Positions 26,578 through 36,110 of a stretch of 49,988 bases of DNA are shown here, piece by piece; position 1 is the stretch's first letter, and every line of letters starts with the position of its first letter. The stretch is from NCBI GenBank assembly GCA_963934255.1, contig CAWVXU010000009.1, forward strand, positions 1 to 49,988, read 5' to 3'. Origin of the DNA: an uncultured Fibrobacterales bacterium (GTDB lineage: Bacteria; Fibrobacterota; Fibrobacteria; Fibrobacterales; CAWVXU01). Below the pieces are notes generated by a model that was not told where the DNA came from, did no database searches, and saw only the letters and a program-made list of their open reading frames with translations. The position numbers were made by a program, and so were the translations under genes.

Positions 26578-29052
26578 TTAGTCCTCAGCCTTTTTCTTTG
26601 TTTTTCTTGGAGGGAAAGAGAACTGAATTTTTCCAGCTTTGGAAAGTGTAAGCCAAGCATCAAAAAGGCGCTTAGTTCTGCTTGATCTAAGCCCAACCAA
26701 AAGGTCAGATTTTTCTCCAATGAGAAGTTTTTTCACATTTTCAAGACCAATTTCCTTACCGAGTATGATTTTATTGAGTCTTAAACCTGTTTTCTCGCCA
26801 TCTAAAGCTGATCTTGAGATAAAGCCTGTCAGGGTCTCATATACAGGACTCTCGTCAGTAGGACTTACTCCTATAGGTGTTTCTTTTGATATATCCAAAG
26901 GTTGGCCATCGACACCAGAATTATTGTCTTCAAAAACAAATTCGACTTTGTTTTCTTCAGTGATTTTGATGATAGCACTAAAAGGTGCACCCTTTTTAGA
27001 AATAAATCCATCCATCGGACCTAGTTGTCTTTTGGTCAATAGTTCGACGATTTCATCGTTAGACATATGACGACCGCCTAGGATTTTCCGAATTCTAATC
27101 TTTCCGTCTTCTGATTCAAATCGGTCAAGATATTCGTAAAAGACGGTATCTTTGAAAGGAGAGAATTTTGCTACAGTCTTAGTGGCTTCTTCATCAAAAT
27201 CACGAATTGATTGAACCATCGTTTGAGTACTGTCGACAATTTCTTGCATAAAATTTTCACGTGTTAACTCACCCTTTTCAATCAGGCCGAGTTTTTGCTC
27301 CCATTCGCCGGTCAGCTCAGCCGAGCTCAAAGATTCAATATTCATAGCAAAAATAAGATTAAGTAAATCAAAAGCCTTGCGCGTAGGGATTAATTCTCGA
27401 CCTTCCCGCATGATGTATTTATCTGAGATTAGTTTTTCAATAATTGCGGCTCGTGTGGCTGGGGTGCCAAGTCCACGATCTTTTAAGGCTTCGGCTATCT
27501 CTTCGTCATCAACTAATTTACCAGCACTCTCCATCGCAGAAAGTAAGCTTGACTCATTAAACCTTGCAGGAGGTTTGGTTTGATCAGCATGAGCCTCGAT
27601 ATTTTTGCCAATAATCTCACTTGACTCATTAATCTTAGGTAGAAGACTTTCGGATTGATCCGTTTTCCCATAGACGATTTTCCAACCCGCATCAACAAGC
27701 TGTTTACCATCCGTTTTAAAGGAATCTTCGCCAATCCGAGTGATACGACTGGTATTGAAGAATTTCGCCGGTGGATAAAATACAGCAATATAACGCTGTA
27801 GAATCATCATATAAAGTTTTGATTCGGCTTCAGGTAAATCCTTAGCGACGACACCTGTGGGCACTATGGCATGGTGATCTGAGATTTTCGCGTCGTTAAA
27901 GATTCTTTTGTCGGCTTTGATGTATTTCTCATCAAGGGCCTTTTGAAGATGTTCACTCAAGATTCCAGAGCTCAATTTCTTAAAATTGGCTGCCGTATCT
28001 TTGATGTAATCTTCTGGTAGACATTTGGAGTCGGTACGAGGATATGTAAGGACTTTGAATTTCTCATATAAAGCCTGAGCCAGGTTCAATGTCATTTTTG
28101 CACTGAAACCATAGCGTGAGTTAGCCTCTCTTTGAAGAGAGGTTAAGTCGTAAAGTGGAGGCGACTTCTGTTGAGAGGGTTTGGTCTGTTCTTCAACAGT
28201 GGCTTCTTTACCCTTTGTGCGCGTAGTGATTTCTAAGGCTTCGGCTTCAGACCAAAGACGATCAGCCGTCAAATGAGGTTTTAGAGGATCCTTAACAAAA
28301 TCTTCTCTAAACCATTTGCCTTCATAAGTTGAAGTGCCATTCTTAAAGTCTGCGTCAACTGTCCAGTAATCTTTAGAAATAAATTTAAGACGCTGTTGCT
28401 CACGTTTAATAATAAGTGATAATGTAGGAGTTTGTACTCGGCCACAAGGAGTCAAAAAGAATCCGCCAAATCTCGAATTATAGGCTGTAAGGCCACGAGA
28501 CCCATTAATACCAATTAACCAATCAGCTTCTGAACGACAAATAGCAGCATCACCTAAAAAAGCCATTTCATCACCATCTCGTAGATGTTCAAATGCTTTT
28601 TTAATAGCATCTTTGGTCATTGATTGAAGCCAAAGTCGTTGAACATCTTTTTTAATGTCTTTGCCCTTAGATACATATTCCATGATGTATTTGAATATTA
28701 GTTCACCTTCACGACCCGCATCACAAGCATTAATAATTGTTTTAACTTCACGTTTACGGATTAATTTCCCAAGAGCATTTAATTGAGTCTTACTACTTGA
28801 AATTGGCTTGAGTAAATATTTCTGAGGCACAATAGGTAGAACAGCTAATTTCCAAGGCTTGAATTTTTCATCCATTTCACCGGGCTCTGCTATGGTCACC
28901 AAGTGCCCTACTGCAAAGCTGACGATATATTCATCATTTTCAAAATGAGTGCGCTCTTTTTTGAATTTACCTGGGAGAACTTTTACCAAATCGGCAGCCA
29001 CACTAGGTTTTTCTGCAATTATTAAGGTCTTATCGTTTTTGCTGGTAGACAT
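26578..29052 (-). CDS. topB: DNA topoisomerase III (type IA) with C-terminal repeats
   Basis: IIAEKPSVA, NACDAGREGELIF, GRVQTPTL, LTYPRTDS (catalytic Tyr), DHHAI.PT and GLGTPATRA.IIE motifs. Confidence 0.92.
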   Translation of the reverse strand: MSTSKNDKTLIIAEKPSVAADLVKVLPGKFKKERTHFENDEYIVSFAVGHLVTIAEPGEMDEKFKPWKLAVLPIVPQKYLLKPISSSKTQLNALGKLIRKREVKTIINACDAGREGELIFKYIMEYVSKGKDIKKDVQRLWLQSMTKDAIKKAFEHLRDGDEMAFLGDAAICRSEADWLIGINGSRGLTAYNSRFGGFFLTPCGRVQTPTLSLIIKREQQRLKFISKDYWTVDADFKNGTSTYEGKWFREDFVKDPLKPHLTADRLWSEAEALEITTRTKGKEATVEEQTKPSQQKSPPLYDLTSLQREANSRYGFSAKMTLNLAQALYEKFKVLTYPRTDSKCLPEDYIKDTAANFKKLSSGILSEHLQKALDEKYIKADKRIFNDAKISDHHAIVPTGVVAKDLPEAESKLYMMILQRYIAVFYPPAKFFNTSRITRIGEDSFKTDGKQLVDAGWKIVYGKTDQSESLLPKINESSEIIGKNIEAHADQTKPPARFNESSLLSAMESAGKLVDDEEIAEALKDRGLGTPATRAAIIEKLISDKYIMREGRELIPTRKAFDLLNLIFAMNIESLSSAELTGEWEQKLGLIEKGELTRENFMQEIVDSTQTMVQSIRDFDEEATKTVAKFSPFKDTVFYEYLDRFESEDGKIRIRKILGGRHMSNDEIVELLTKRQLGPMDGFISKKGAPFSAIIKITEENKVEFVFEDNNSGVDGQPLDISKETPIGVSPTDESPVYETLTGFISRSALDGEKTGLRLNKIILGKEIGLENVKKLLIGEKSDLLVGLRSSRTKRLFDAWLTLSKAGKIQFSFPPRKTKKKAED

Positions 29053-29118
29053 TCAATGGCCTGCTTTGGTTTAGCTGAGTACCAATGCAAAATAACTCAT
29101 GTTTGGCGAAAACTCAAT

Positions 29119-30093
29119 TTATTCTAGAATATGGTCAATATTTTGTAATTGTTGGCTATTTATTTTCAAAGATGTTTGTTTGGCTTTAAATAGGTTTAAA
29201 TAGGTTTTAACAACCAAGGGTGGTTCTGTTCTCATTCTAGGCATTTGACCATCGAAGTACGATTCAATCATCATCCCGGTTTGGGATCCGAGCGCTTGGA
29301 AGTCGACCTGAGCCGCAAAATGCCCTAAATTAACTTGTGGTTTCGTATATTCTGCAAAAGGAGTGACTACTGAAAATTTTGAGGGTTTAATTGTTTTCAG
29401 CCAAAAGTCTTTAAGAGTTTTTTTGTTGAGAGTCGCATTGTCAGCGAGCATCCAGATGACGTTGATTCTTTCCTTAAAAATAAATGATCTAGCACCTTTA
29501 TTCATCTTGTTAATGATATCACGTTCAGTACTTTTATCATCGCAATCAACACAAATAGCAACGAGTTCAATTAGTTCTTTAGCAAGCTGTTTTTTTGAAA
29601 TATTGATATATTCTTGAAGTGATTTCTGATAGAAGACCCCTACTTTACTGAAGGAATTATCGGATATTCTACGAAATTGAGTGAAAAGAGTATAAGCTGG
29701 TACTTCTAATTCAACTCCATATGAATTTGGCAAGTTCTTAATTGAGCTTTTCAGATTAAGAGACATGAGAGCGAATTTTGGGAGTGCTTTGATGACAGGC
29801 TGGGATTTTGAAAGAGCTTCAATTTTCCCAAGAATTGAATTATCTAATAAAACGAGTCCATCAGGCTGAGAATTTAAAATAGTTGTTTTAAGTATTGAAA
29901 TGGGCGTGTTTGCTTGAGTATAAATTTGTTGAAACTCAAACTCATTTAATTCATGAGTAAGGCCTTGAATTGCTAGGTTGAAATTTTCGCCTTTTGGTCC
30001 AAGAATGAGGATTTTTGTGGCGTATAGGTTTGTTAAAAAAGTGAGTTGTAAAATCATTGTAATGATTAAGGTTTTCACGGATTCCCCTCCCAA
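29119..30093 (-). CDS. Periplasmic binding protein-like (ABC_sub_bind/COG2984-like)
   Basis: Signal peptide from VKTLIIT; GVELEVP, KVGVFY, VIWMLAD, D...LG.Q.G and YLNL..AK pattern. The true start may be a few codons downstream. Confidence 0.6.
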   Translation of the reverse strand: MGGESVKTLIITMILQLTFLTNLYATKILILGPKGENFNLAIQGLTHELNEFEFQQIYTQANTPISILKTTILNSQPDGLVLLDNSILGKIEALSKSQPVIKALPKFALMSLNLKSSIKNLPNSYGVELEVPAYTLFTQFRRISDNSFSKVGVFYQKSLQEYINISKKQLAKELIELVAICVDCDDKSTERDIINKMNKGARSFIFKERINVIWMLADNATLNKKTLKDFWLKTIKPSKFSVVTPFAEYTKPQVNLGHFAAQVDFQALGSQTGMMIESYFDGQMPRMRTEPPLVVKTYLNLFKAKQTSLKINSQQLQNIDHILE

Positions 30094-30752
30094 AACTTAA
30101 TTCCAAGCGCGTCAATAGATGTCTTTGAAAGGACCTTAAGGTCCTTTTTTGAATACTGACTCGATAACGTATAGAGACCAAGGTTAAAATTGTACTTTTT
30201 GGGACTAACATGTAAAACATTATACGGGAGTGCGGAAATTATTTTGAGCTCTTCGTATTGAGAGTCTGTAACCAATAGAGCGTCAACTATTTCTAAGCCA
30301 AGAAGCCCTTTAAGGTTGTCAATTTTGGATGAATACTTAAAATGAGTTACTGTTTCGAGTTTGTCTATTGAGTTAACAAATTTTTTCAAAGCTCTTTTAG
30401 GTAAAAACCTTGTAAGCCCAATAGTGAAGTTTGCAACATCCTTCAATTTGAGTGTGTGGTTATTAGTTACTAAATGATACTGTTGATGCTTTTGGCTTTT
30501 ACTATTGAGAAGTTGTTTTAAAGATTTTATGTCTTGTATTGAGAACGCTGGTGCAATAAAAAACACACTATCCTTAAGAACACTTTTAAGTAAGTCTCTG
30601 ATTTTAGCGAAAGATTTAACTTCTATTTGAGAGCTTAATTTATTTTCTAGCTCCCGCTGAATCTTGGCCGGGGTAGATTGAGTTGAAAAAACAAGAAGCT
30701 CGCTGCTGTTTATATAAACGGATAGGAAAGCTAAAAGTATAATCACCTTCAT
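30075..30752 (-). CDS. Hypothetical exported protein, possibly type II periplasmic binding fold
   Basis: Signal peptide; K..NL.GLLGLEIVDALLV resembles a PBP-II segment; overlaps both neighbours. Confidence 0.5.
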   Translation of the reverse strand: MKVIILLAFLSVYINSSELLVFSTQSTPAKIQRELENKLSSQIEVKSFAKIRDLLKSVLKDSVFFIAPAFSIQDIKSLKQLLNSKSQKHQQYHLVTNNHTLKLKDVANFTIGLTRFLPKRALKKFVNSIDKLETVTHFKYSSKIDNLKGLLGLEIVDALLVTDSQYEELKIISALPYNVLHVSPKKYNFNLGLYTLSSQYSKKDLKVLSKTSIDALGIKFWEGNP

Positions 30753-33025
30753 ATTTCAAAGCTATTGTTATTTAGGTTGATGACAAGTTTTGTCCCATTA
30801 TTTGGTTTTGAATAGACATTTACTTGTCCATTTAGTTCAGTTACAACTCTCTTGACCATAGACATCCCAATACCGCGACCTGCAATAAGAGTTGTTTGAT
30901 TTGCAGATGTAAAGTTAGGGTGAAAGATAAGATCAATGATTTCATCTTCCGTCAGCTGGGCATCTTTAGCAACTATATTTAAGGCCTTGGCTTGTGATAA
31001 AATTTTATCGGGATGAATACCTAATCCATTGTCTTCTATAGATATTTCAATCTTTTCTGGAGTTGATTTAATAGCAAAAGTGACTTCGGGATGAAAGCCA
31101 TTGTAGTTACCTCTGAAAGCATGACTTATTGTGTTCCTAAAAACATGAATGAGGGCAGAGTCTATTCTGTCAAATAAATTGCGTGGAAAAAGTTCATCGG
31201 GTTTTTCAATATTAAACTTAATTTTGGCATTACTAGGAAGTGTAGCTTTTTCAATAATTCGACGGTATTTTTGTGAAAGTACTTCAAAGGATTGCCAATG
31301 AAGTATGTTTAATTTATCAACTATTTCTTTTTGACTTAAGTCCCCTAGTGTGATTCTTTGAATTAACTGCTTCATAGAGCTCTTAGGGATTTGCAAATTG
31401 TCCTGACTATTTGAGCCATGTAGCAATTTATCTTTTTGGTTAATCTCTTCAATAAAATCAAGGAGATCGGTTAGGGCTTTTTTTAGTTCCGGTGGAGTTG
31501 GGTTAGCTCCACTAAGAATTTCAGGGCTAAGTAAGATGGTTTCACAATTATGAGCACTAGAGCTTAGCCGGTCAAACCCAAGAGAGCCTGCGTTACCTTT
31601 AAGTGTATGGATATTTTCCCTCCATAGATTCATGTACTCTGGTTTCCATGCAGCTTCTTTTCCATTGATGTGATTGAATACATTCAGAATTTCATTTAAT
31701 TGTTGTGTTGAATCTAAAATAAACAATTCAATTGTTTCCGGTGAGTTTTCTGTCACTCCAAGCACTAATTTTAGTTGATGTTCATACTGAAGCTTCTCCT
31801 CTTTCGCTCTTTTTTCCAGAATTATCGATTCAGTATTGTCCACAATTTGAACCATGAGTCGGTCAACGTTGTGATTCTTATTATATATTTTTTGGAAATT
31901 GAGTTTGAGTGATTGAAGTTTACCGTCGCTAAGTCGTTTAATTTCTAGTAAGGGACAAAGTTCAATTATTTTGGCCCATCGCATGTTTTTATTTCTTTTT
32001 CTTACAAGTACTAACCAATCGTCAAAGTGCTCCTTGGTGGCCGCATCTACATTAAGTATAGTAGTTAGGTTTTGAACATCCATCGGCTCAACTCCCAATA
32101 TTTGTCGAAAACTAGCGGAATGCTGTCCTCGAATATTACCTTCCAAAGTAATTGTACAGATACCTTCATGGATATTTTCTAAAATATCATTGACTTGTGA
32201 TACTTTTTCTTGAACCATCGATTGAAGTTGCTCGGTATAAACCTTGACTGTTTTTCTCATTGAGTCAAAGTCACGACTTAATTCACCAATTTCATCATTA
32301 GATTCAGCTTTGATTTGTAAATTATAATCCCCATTGGCTATTGACTTTGCTGATTTGGCAAGGGAAGCTATAGGTTGGGTAATCGTTTCAGCTTGTTTAA
32401 TTGTGATAGAGTAGGTGAGTAGTAAAGTGCCGAAAACAATAATTAGAATAATAGCGATACTGATGAGTGCAGATTTTTTTGCTCGTTTCTGCAGGTTAAA
32501 AGTTTCATTCTTCAGCTTTTTTTTAGAGTAACCAAAAAATGTTACTCCCAGCTTTTCATTTCCATCATATAAAACAGTCGCAAATTCCAAAATTTCATGA
32601 TCGTTATTAACAGTTAGTTCAGTGATTTTGTCGCTAGAAATAAATTCATGACTTGACTTATGTTTGGGTGTAAGTTGCCTATAAATAGAGTCTTTGTCGG
32701 ATATTGCCCACATTTTACCTCTAGTATTCATGAAAGCACCGTAAACAATTTCATCATCTAGAAGAACAGTGCTGTCGATAAATTCACGAACATTCATTAT
32801 TTCGTTATCTTGGATCATGGGATGCAATGCGTATCTATTGGCTATAATTAGAAGCTTGCCTTTGTCTTCTAAATGTTTTTGCAATTTATTTTGACTGAAT
32901 ACTAAATTTTGTTGAGATTGATAAAGATTCAGACCAATAACAAGGGCGAGTATTAGACAAAAAGCACCCACTAATAAAAGCAAGGTGTTATTAAGTAGTT
33001 TCTTTTTAATAGAGACGAAATACAT
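30749..33025 (-). CDS. Membrane-bound CheA-like histidine kinase (2 TM, HAMP, PAS-like, HPt, HATPase_c; no CheW domain)
   Basis: HAMP ITQPIASL...DEIGELS.DF..M; HPt IHTLKGNAGSLG; N box LIHVFRNTISH; DNGLGI; F.PNFTS; AGRGIGM; GTK followed shortly by the stop. Confidence 0.85.
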   Translation of the reverse strand: MYFVSIKKKLLNNTLLLLVGAFCLILALVIGLNLYQSQQNLVFSQNKLQKHLEDKGKLLIIANRYALHPMIQDNEIMNVREFIDSTVLLDDEIVYGAFMNTRGKMWAISDKDSIYRQLTPKHKSSHEFISSDKITELTVNNDHEILEFATVLYDGNEKLGVTFFGYSKKKLKNETFNLQKRAKKSALISIAIILIIVFGTLLLTYSITIKQAETITQPIASLAKSAKSIANGDYNLQIKAESNDEIGELSRDFDSMRKTVKVYTEQLQSMVQEKVSQVNDILENIHEGICTITLEGNIRGQHSASFRQILGVEPMDVQNLTTILNVDAATKEHFDDWLVLVRKRNKNMRWAKIIELCPLLEIKRLSDGKLQSLKLNFQKIYNKNHNVDRLMVQIVDNTESIILEKRAKEEKLQYEHQLKLVLGVTENSPETIELFILDSTQQLNEILNVFNHINGKEAAWKPEYMNLWRENIHTLKGNAGSLGFDRLSSSAHNCETILLSPEILSGANPTPPELKKALTDLLDFIEEINQKDKLLHGSNSQDNLQIPKSSMKQLIQRITLGDLSQKEIVDKLNILHWQSFEVLSQKYRRIIEKATLPSNAKIKFNIEKPDELFPRNLFDRIDSALIHVFRNTISHAFRGNYNGFHPEVTFAIKSTPEKIEISIEDNGLGIHPDKILSQAKALNIVAKDAQLTEDEIIDLIFHPNFTSANQTTLIAGRGIGMSMVKRVVTELNGQVNVYSKPNNGTKLVINLNNNSFEI

Positions 33026-33040
33026 AGAGTGATTATAGCA
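33026..33040 (-). promoter_or_regulatory. Extended -10 promoter, probably giving a leaderless mRNA for the kinase operon
   Basis: Minus strand reads TG-C-TATAAT-CACTCT-ATG; no SD sequence. Confidence 0.6.
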
Positions 33041-33083
33041 CCTTTTGTCAGCTAAGAGTCAAAATACTTTATCAATAGCAAAA

Positions 33084-34205
33084 TTATTTTTTCCATTCAA
33101 ATTTTGAAAATATTCCAAATATTACAGAAAAGAAAATCATAGGGATGTGCAAAATTGAAGTGATTGTAAAATAAGTGATAAATTCAGGATGATGAAATGT
33201 TTTAGTCCCTTTTTTCATGACAATAAAGTCCGCAAGTGTTTTAAGAAGCCACATAACTGTAAAGCTTGAGAATAATAAAGGATTTAAAGTTAAAAGGCTA
33301 AATATGAGGCCCAAAAAGATATAGCTGTAAAATATGAAAACAAAGAGCAGCAAACTAACTACACGGGGTGTATACAAGATGGTTTTTGAGGCCCAGCGTT
33401 TTCTTTGCTCCCAAAGTGCCTTAGGGGTTGATGCAGGATAAGTAATGACCGCTGCTTCAACATTGGCACAGAAGCGAATGGCTCTGGGGTTTTCATTAGA
33501 TATTTTATGTAAAAGTAAATCGTCATCCCCGCTAGGAACATCTGAAACCCCTTCAAAACCAGCTACGCTCTTAAACCAACTTTTCTTATAAGCAAGAGAG
33601 GTACCTGTGGAAGTAATTGGGAATTTTTTCACAATCGCACCACAAGCAACAATCATGTGTGATATAAAGTCTAAAGCTTGTATGCCATAGAAGGTTTGAT
33701 TCATCCCACTTACCTTGTGATAGATAGAGTGACCGACCACAAACTCAATTCCGTCCTCGAATTCGGCCATCATAGCCTTTGTCCAAGTGGGTGGTGCGAT
33801 ACAATCTGCGTCGGTTAATAAAATGTAATCATACTGAGCTATGGAAATAAGCTCATTAATAGCGAACTTCTTGGGGCTCCAACCCAAAAGATTGTCATCA
33901 TCTTGGATGTTTAGATATTTTATTTTGTCGGGAAAACGGATGGAGTATTCTTCTAAAATACTCAAAGTATTATCGGTCGAACGATCATTTGCAATCAATA
34001 TTTCAAATGATGAATAATTTTGATTGATGAGTGAGTCAATGCATTGAGCAATTTGGTGAGCTTCATCTTTAGCCGCAAGGAGAATAGAAACCCCTTCAGT
34101 ATGGGTCGCTTGTCCATTTTTAAGAGAATTTAGACCAGAAAAAATCTTAAAATCAATGATTCCATAAATCAAACAGAAAATTGTGTCTACAATGTAATAC
34201 GTCAA
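33084..34205 (-). CDS. Glycosyltransferase family 2, membrane-bound
   Basis: VSILLAAKDE, ANDRSTD.T, KK.A, LLTDADC, SGDDDLL and QRKRW motifs; N- and C-terminal TM helices. Confidence 0.92.
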   Translation of the reverse strand: MTYYIVDTIFCLIYGIIDFKIFSGLNSLKNGQATHTEGVSILLAAKDEAHQIAQCIDSLINQNYSSFEILIANDRSTDNTLSILEEYSIRFPDKIKYLNIQDDDNLLGWSPKKFAINELISIAQYDYILLTDADCIAPPTWTKAMMAEFEDGIEFVVGHSIYHKVSGMNQTFYGIQALDFISHMIVACGAIVKKFPITSTGTSLAYKKSWFKSVAGFEGVSDVPSGDDDLLLHKISNENPRAIRFCANVEAAVITYPASTPKALWEQRKRWASKTILYTPRVVSLLLFVFIFYSYIFLGLIFSLLTLNPLLFSSFTVMWLLKTLADFIVMKKGTKTFHHPEFITYFTITSILHIPMIFFSVIFGIFSKFEWKK

Positions 34206-34344
34206 TTAATACTCAAATTCCTAAATGTGTAGTTAAAATTATAGTCATTATAGGCTCAAAATTCAGTAAATTGTTTCCACAAGATTGATAAGTTGTCTTC
34301 TTTTATTGACATGAGAGCACCTCTCACCTATATTTGTCCTTGCT

Positions 34345-34842
34345 TTGAAAATTGACGTTAGAAATATAACCCAGCGCACGAAAGCTTTTGAGCTAAATTG
34401 CGGTGCTGATGAATTGGATTCAGTTACAGACATAAAGTTTGCTGAACCTTTATCAGTGTATTTTGATTGCCAGCAAACATCGGCCTCAGAGTACTTATTG
34501 AAATGTCGCGTGAAAACGACACAAGTACTTGAATGTTCTCGAACTCTAAGCGAGTACGAAAACAAAGTTGATTTGGCCTTTGAAATCATCATTGAATTGA
34601 AAAAAACAATGAGAGACTGGGAAGTATGTGATGAAGAGGACGAAGTTTATAAGATTCTAGTCAATCCAAACGCTAGTAATTTTGACATTTCAGAGATTGT
34701 AAGGCAAGAAATCTTACTTCATGAGCCAATGGTTCCTATAGGTGACAAAGACACCAGTGGAGATTATATTGAAGAAGAAGAAGATGAGTCAGGCATTGAT
34801 CCGAGATGGGCAGCATTAAAAAAACTTAAAGAAAACAAATAG
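34345..34842 (+). CDS. yceD: YceD/DUF177 family protein
   Basis: LECSRTL, D.SEIVRQEILL..PM and IDPRWAALKKL motifs; position directly before rpmF. Confidence 0.85.
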   Translation: MKIDVRNITQRTKAFELNCGADELDSVTDIKFAEPLSVYFDCQQTSASEYLLKCRVKTTQVLECSRTLSEYENKVDLAFEIIIELKKTMRDWEVCDEEDEVYKILVNPNASNFDISEIVRQEILLHEPMVPIGDKDTSGDYIEEEEDESGIDPRWAALKKLKENK

Positions 34843-34913
34843 TGTTTTCTAAATGAATGAGCCTTGTTACATAGGCTTAAAAAAGGCCTAATTGGCTAAA
34901 AAAGGAGTACGAA

Positions 34914-35096
34914 GTGGCAGTACCAAAGAGAAAAACCTCTACCGCTCGTAGAGACAAGCGTCGCACGCATTGGGTAGCTAAAGTTCCAGCACTTGCAACT
35001 TGTTCACATTGTGGAACAACCAAACAACCTCATAGAGTTTGCAACAATTGCGGCTACTATAAAGGTGTTGAAGTGATGCGTCCAAAAGATTACTAG
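34914..35096 (+). CDS. rpmF: 50S ribosomal protein L32 (zinc-ribbon form)
   Basis: MAVPKRKTS..RRDKRR and CSHC...PHRVC..CGYY; RBS AAGGAG. Confidence 0.97.
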   Translation: MAVPKRKTSTARRDKRRTHWVAKVPALATCSHCGTTKQPHRVCNNCGYYKGVEVMRPKDY

Positions 35097-35144
35097 TTTA
35101 AATTAACTAGTTATTCTTTTGATTTGTAAAACAAAGGCGGATAG

Positions 35145-36110
35145 ATGATTAAAGTTGCAGTAGATGCAATGGGTGGAGATCACGCTCCTTCGGCCGTAGT
35201 CGAAGGGGCCGTTCGTGCAGCTAGAGAATTTGACGGCCAATTTGGTGTCATTTTAACTGGACCTGTAGATCTCATCCAAGCTGAGTTAGATAGTTTAGAT
35301 TATGTCGGTGATTCTATAGAGATAGTCAACGCTCCAGAAATTGTTGGTATGGATGAATCTCCAGCATCCATTTTAAAAACTAAACCAAACTCTGGCTTAG
35401 TAAAATGTGTTACGCTTCAAAAACAAGGCGTTGCTCAAGCGAGTGTTAGTGCTGGTAATTCAGGTGCAATGATGGCAACATGTCTAATGACATTGGGGCG
35501 TATCCCTGGTGTCTCAAGACCTGCAATTGCTGTACTTGCCCCCTCAGCAACCAAGCGATATATCATGCTTGATTGCGGCGCTAATGTTGATGAAAAACCT
35601 CAAACTTTGTTTGATTTTGCCATCTGCGGAAAAGTGTTTGCCGAACAAGTTTTACATAGAGAAAACCCCACAATTGGTCTTTTAAACATTGGTGAAGAAG
35701 CGAAAAAGGGGACTGAAGTTCTCCAAGAAACTTACAAACTATTGAAAGAGTCCGAATTAAACTTTATAGGTAATATTGAAGGTCGTGGTATTATTCAAGG
35801 TGAGGCAGATGTGATTGTAACATCTGGCGCTGTTGGTAATGTTGCACTTAAAATGATGGAAGGTTTTTACGCCTTGCATAAAGAACTTTTTGGTGATATT
35901 GATACACCCGAAGGGCACAGATTTTCTACTGAATGGAATTATGAAAATCATGGTGGTGCTATGTTACTAGGGCTTAATGGCACGGGTATTATTTCACACG
36001 GAAGCTCCAATTCTGAAGCAATTAAAGTTGCAATCAAAACGGCTGCTGACTTTGCAGAGGCAAAAGTTTCTGAAAATATTGCCGCTACTTTGACCAAAGA
36101 TAATGCATGA
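35145..36110 (+). CDS. plsX: Phosphate acyltransferase PlsX
   Basis: VAVDAMGGDHAP, SAGNSGAM, RPAI, LDCGAN, LLNIGEE..KG, FIGNIEG and GGAMLLG...HGSS motifs. Confidence 0.95.
   Translation: MIKVAVDAMGGDHAPSAVVEGAVRAAREFDGQFGVILTGPVDLIQAELDSLDYVGDSIEIVNAPEIVGMDESPASILKTKPNSGLVKCVTLQKQGVAQASVSAGNSGAMMATCLMTLGRIPGVSRPAIAVLAPSATKRYIMLDCGANVDEKPQTLFDFAICGKVFAEQVLHRENPTIGLLNIGEEAKKGTEVLQETYKLLKESELNFIGNIEGRGIIQGEADVIVTSGAVGNVALKMMEGFYALHKELFGDIDTPEGHRFSTEWNYENHGGAMLLGLNGTGIISHGSSNSEAIKVAIKTAADFAEAKVSENIAATLTKDNA

Noticed and set aside
26639..27070. 143-aa antisense ORF, and the other short ORFs nested in or opposite long genes (e.g. 9153..9416, 34263..34592, 45528..45914, 48334..48648)
   Set aside because: Shadow ORFs of well-supported genes, with no motifs or start signals.
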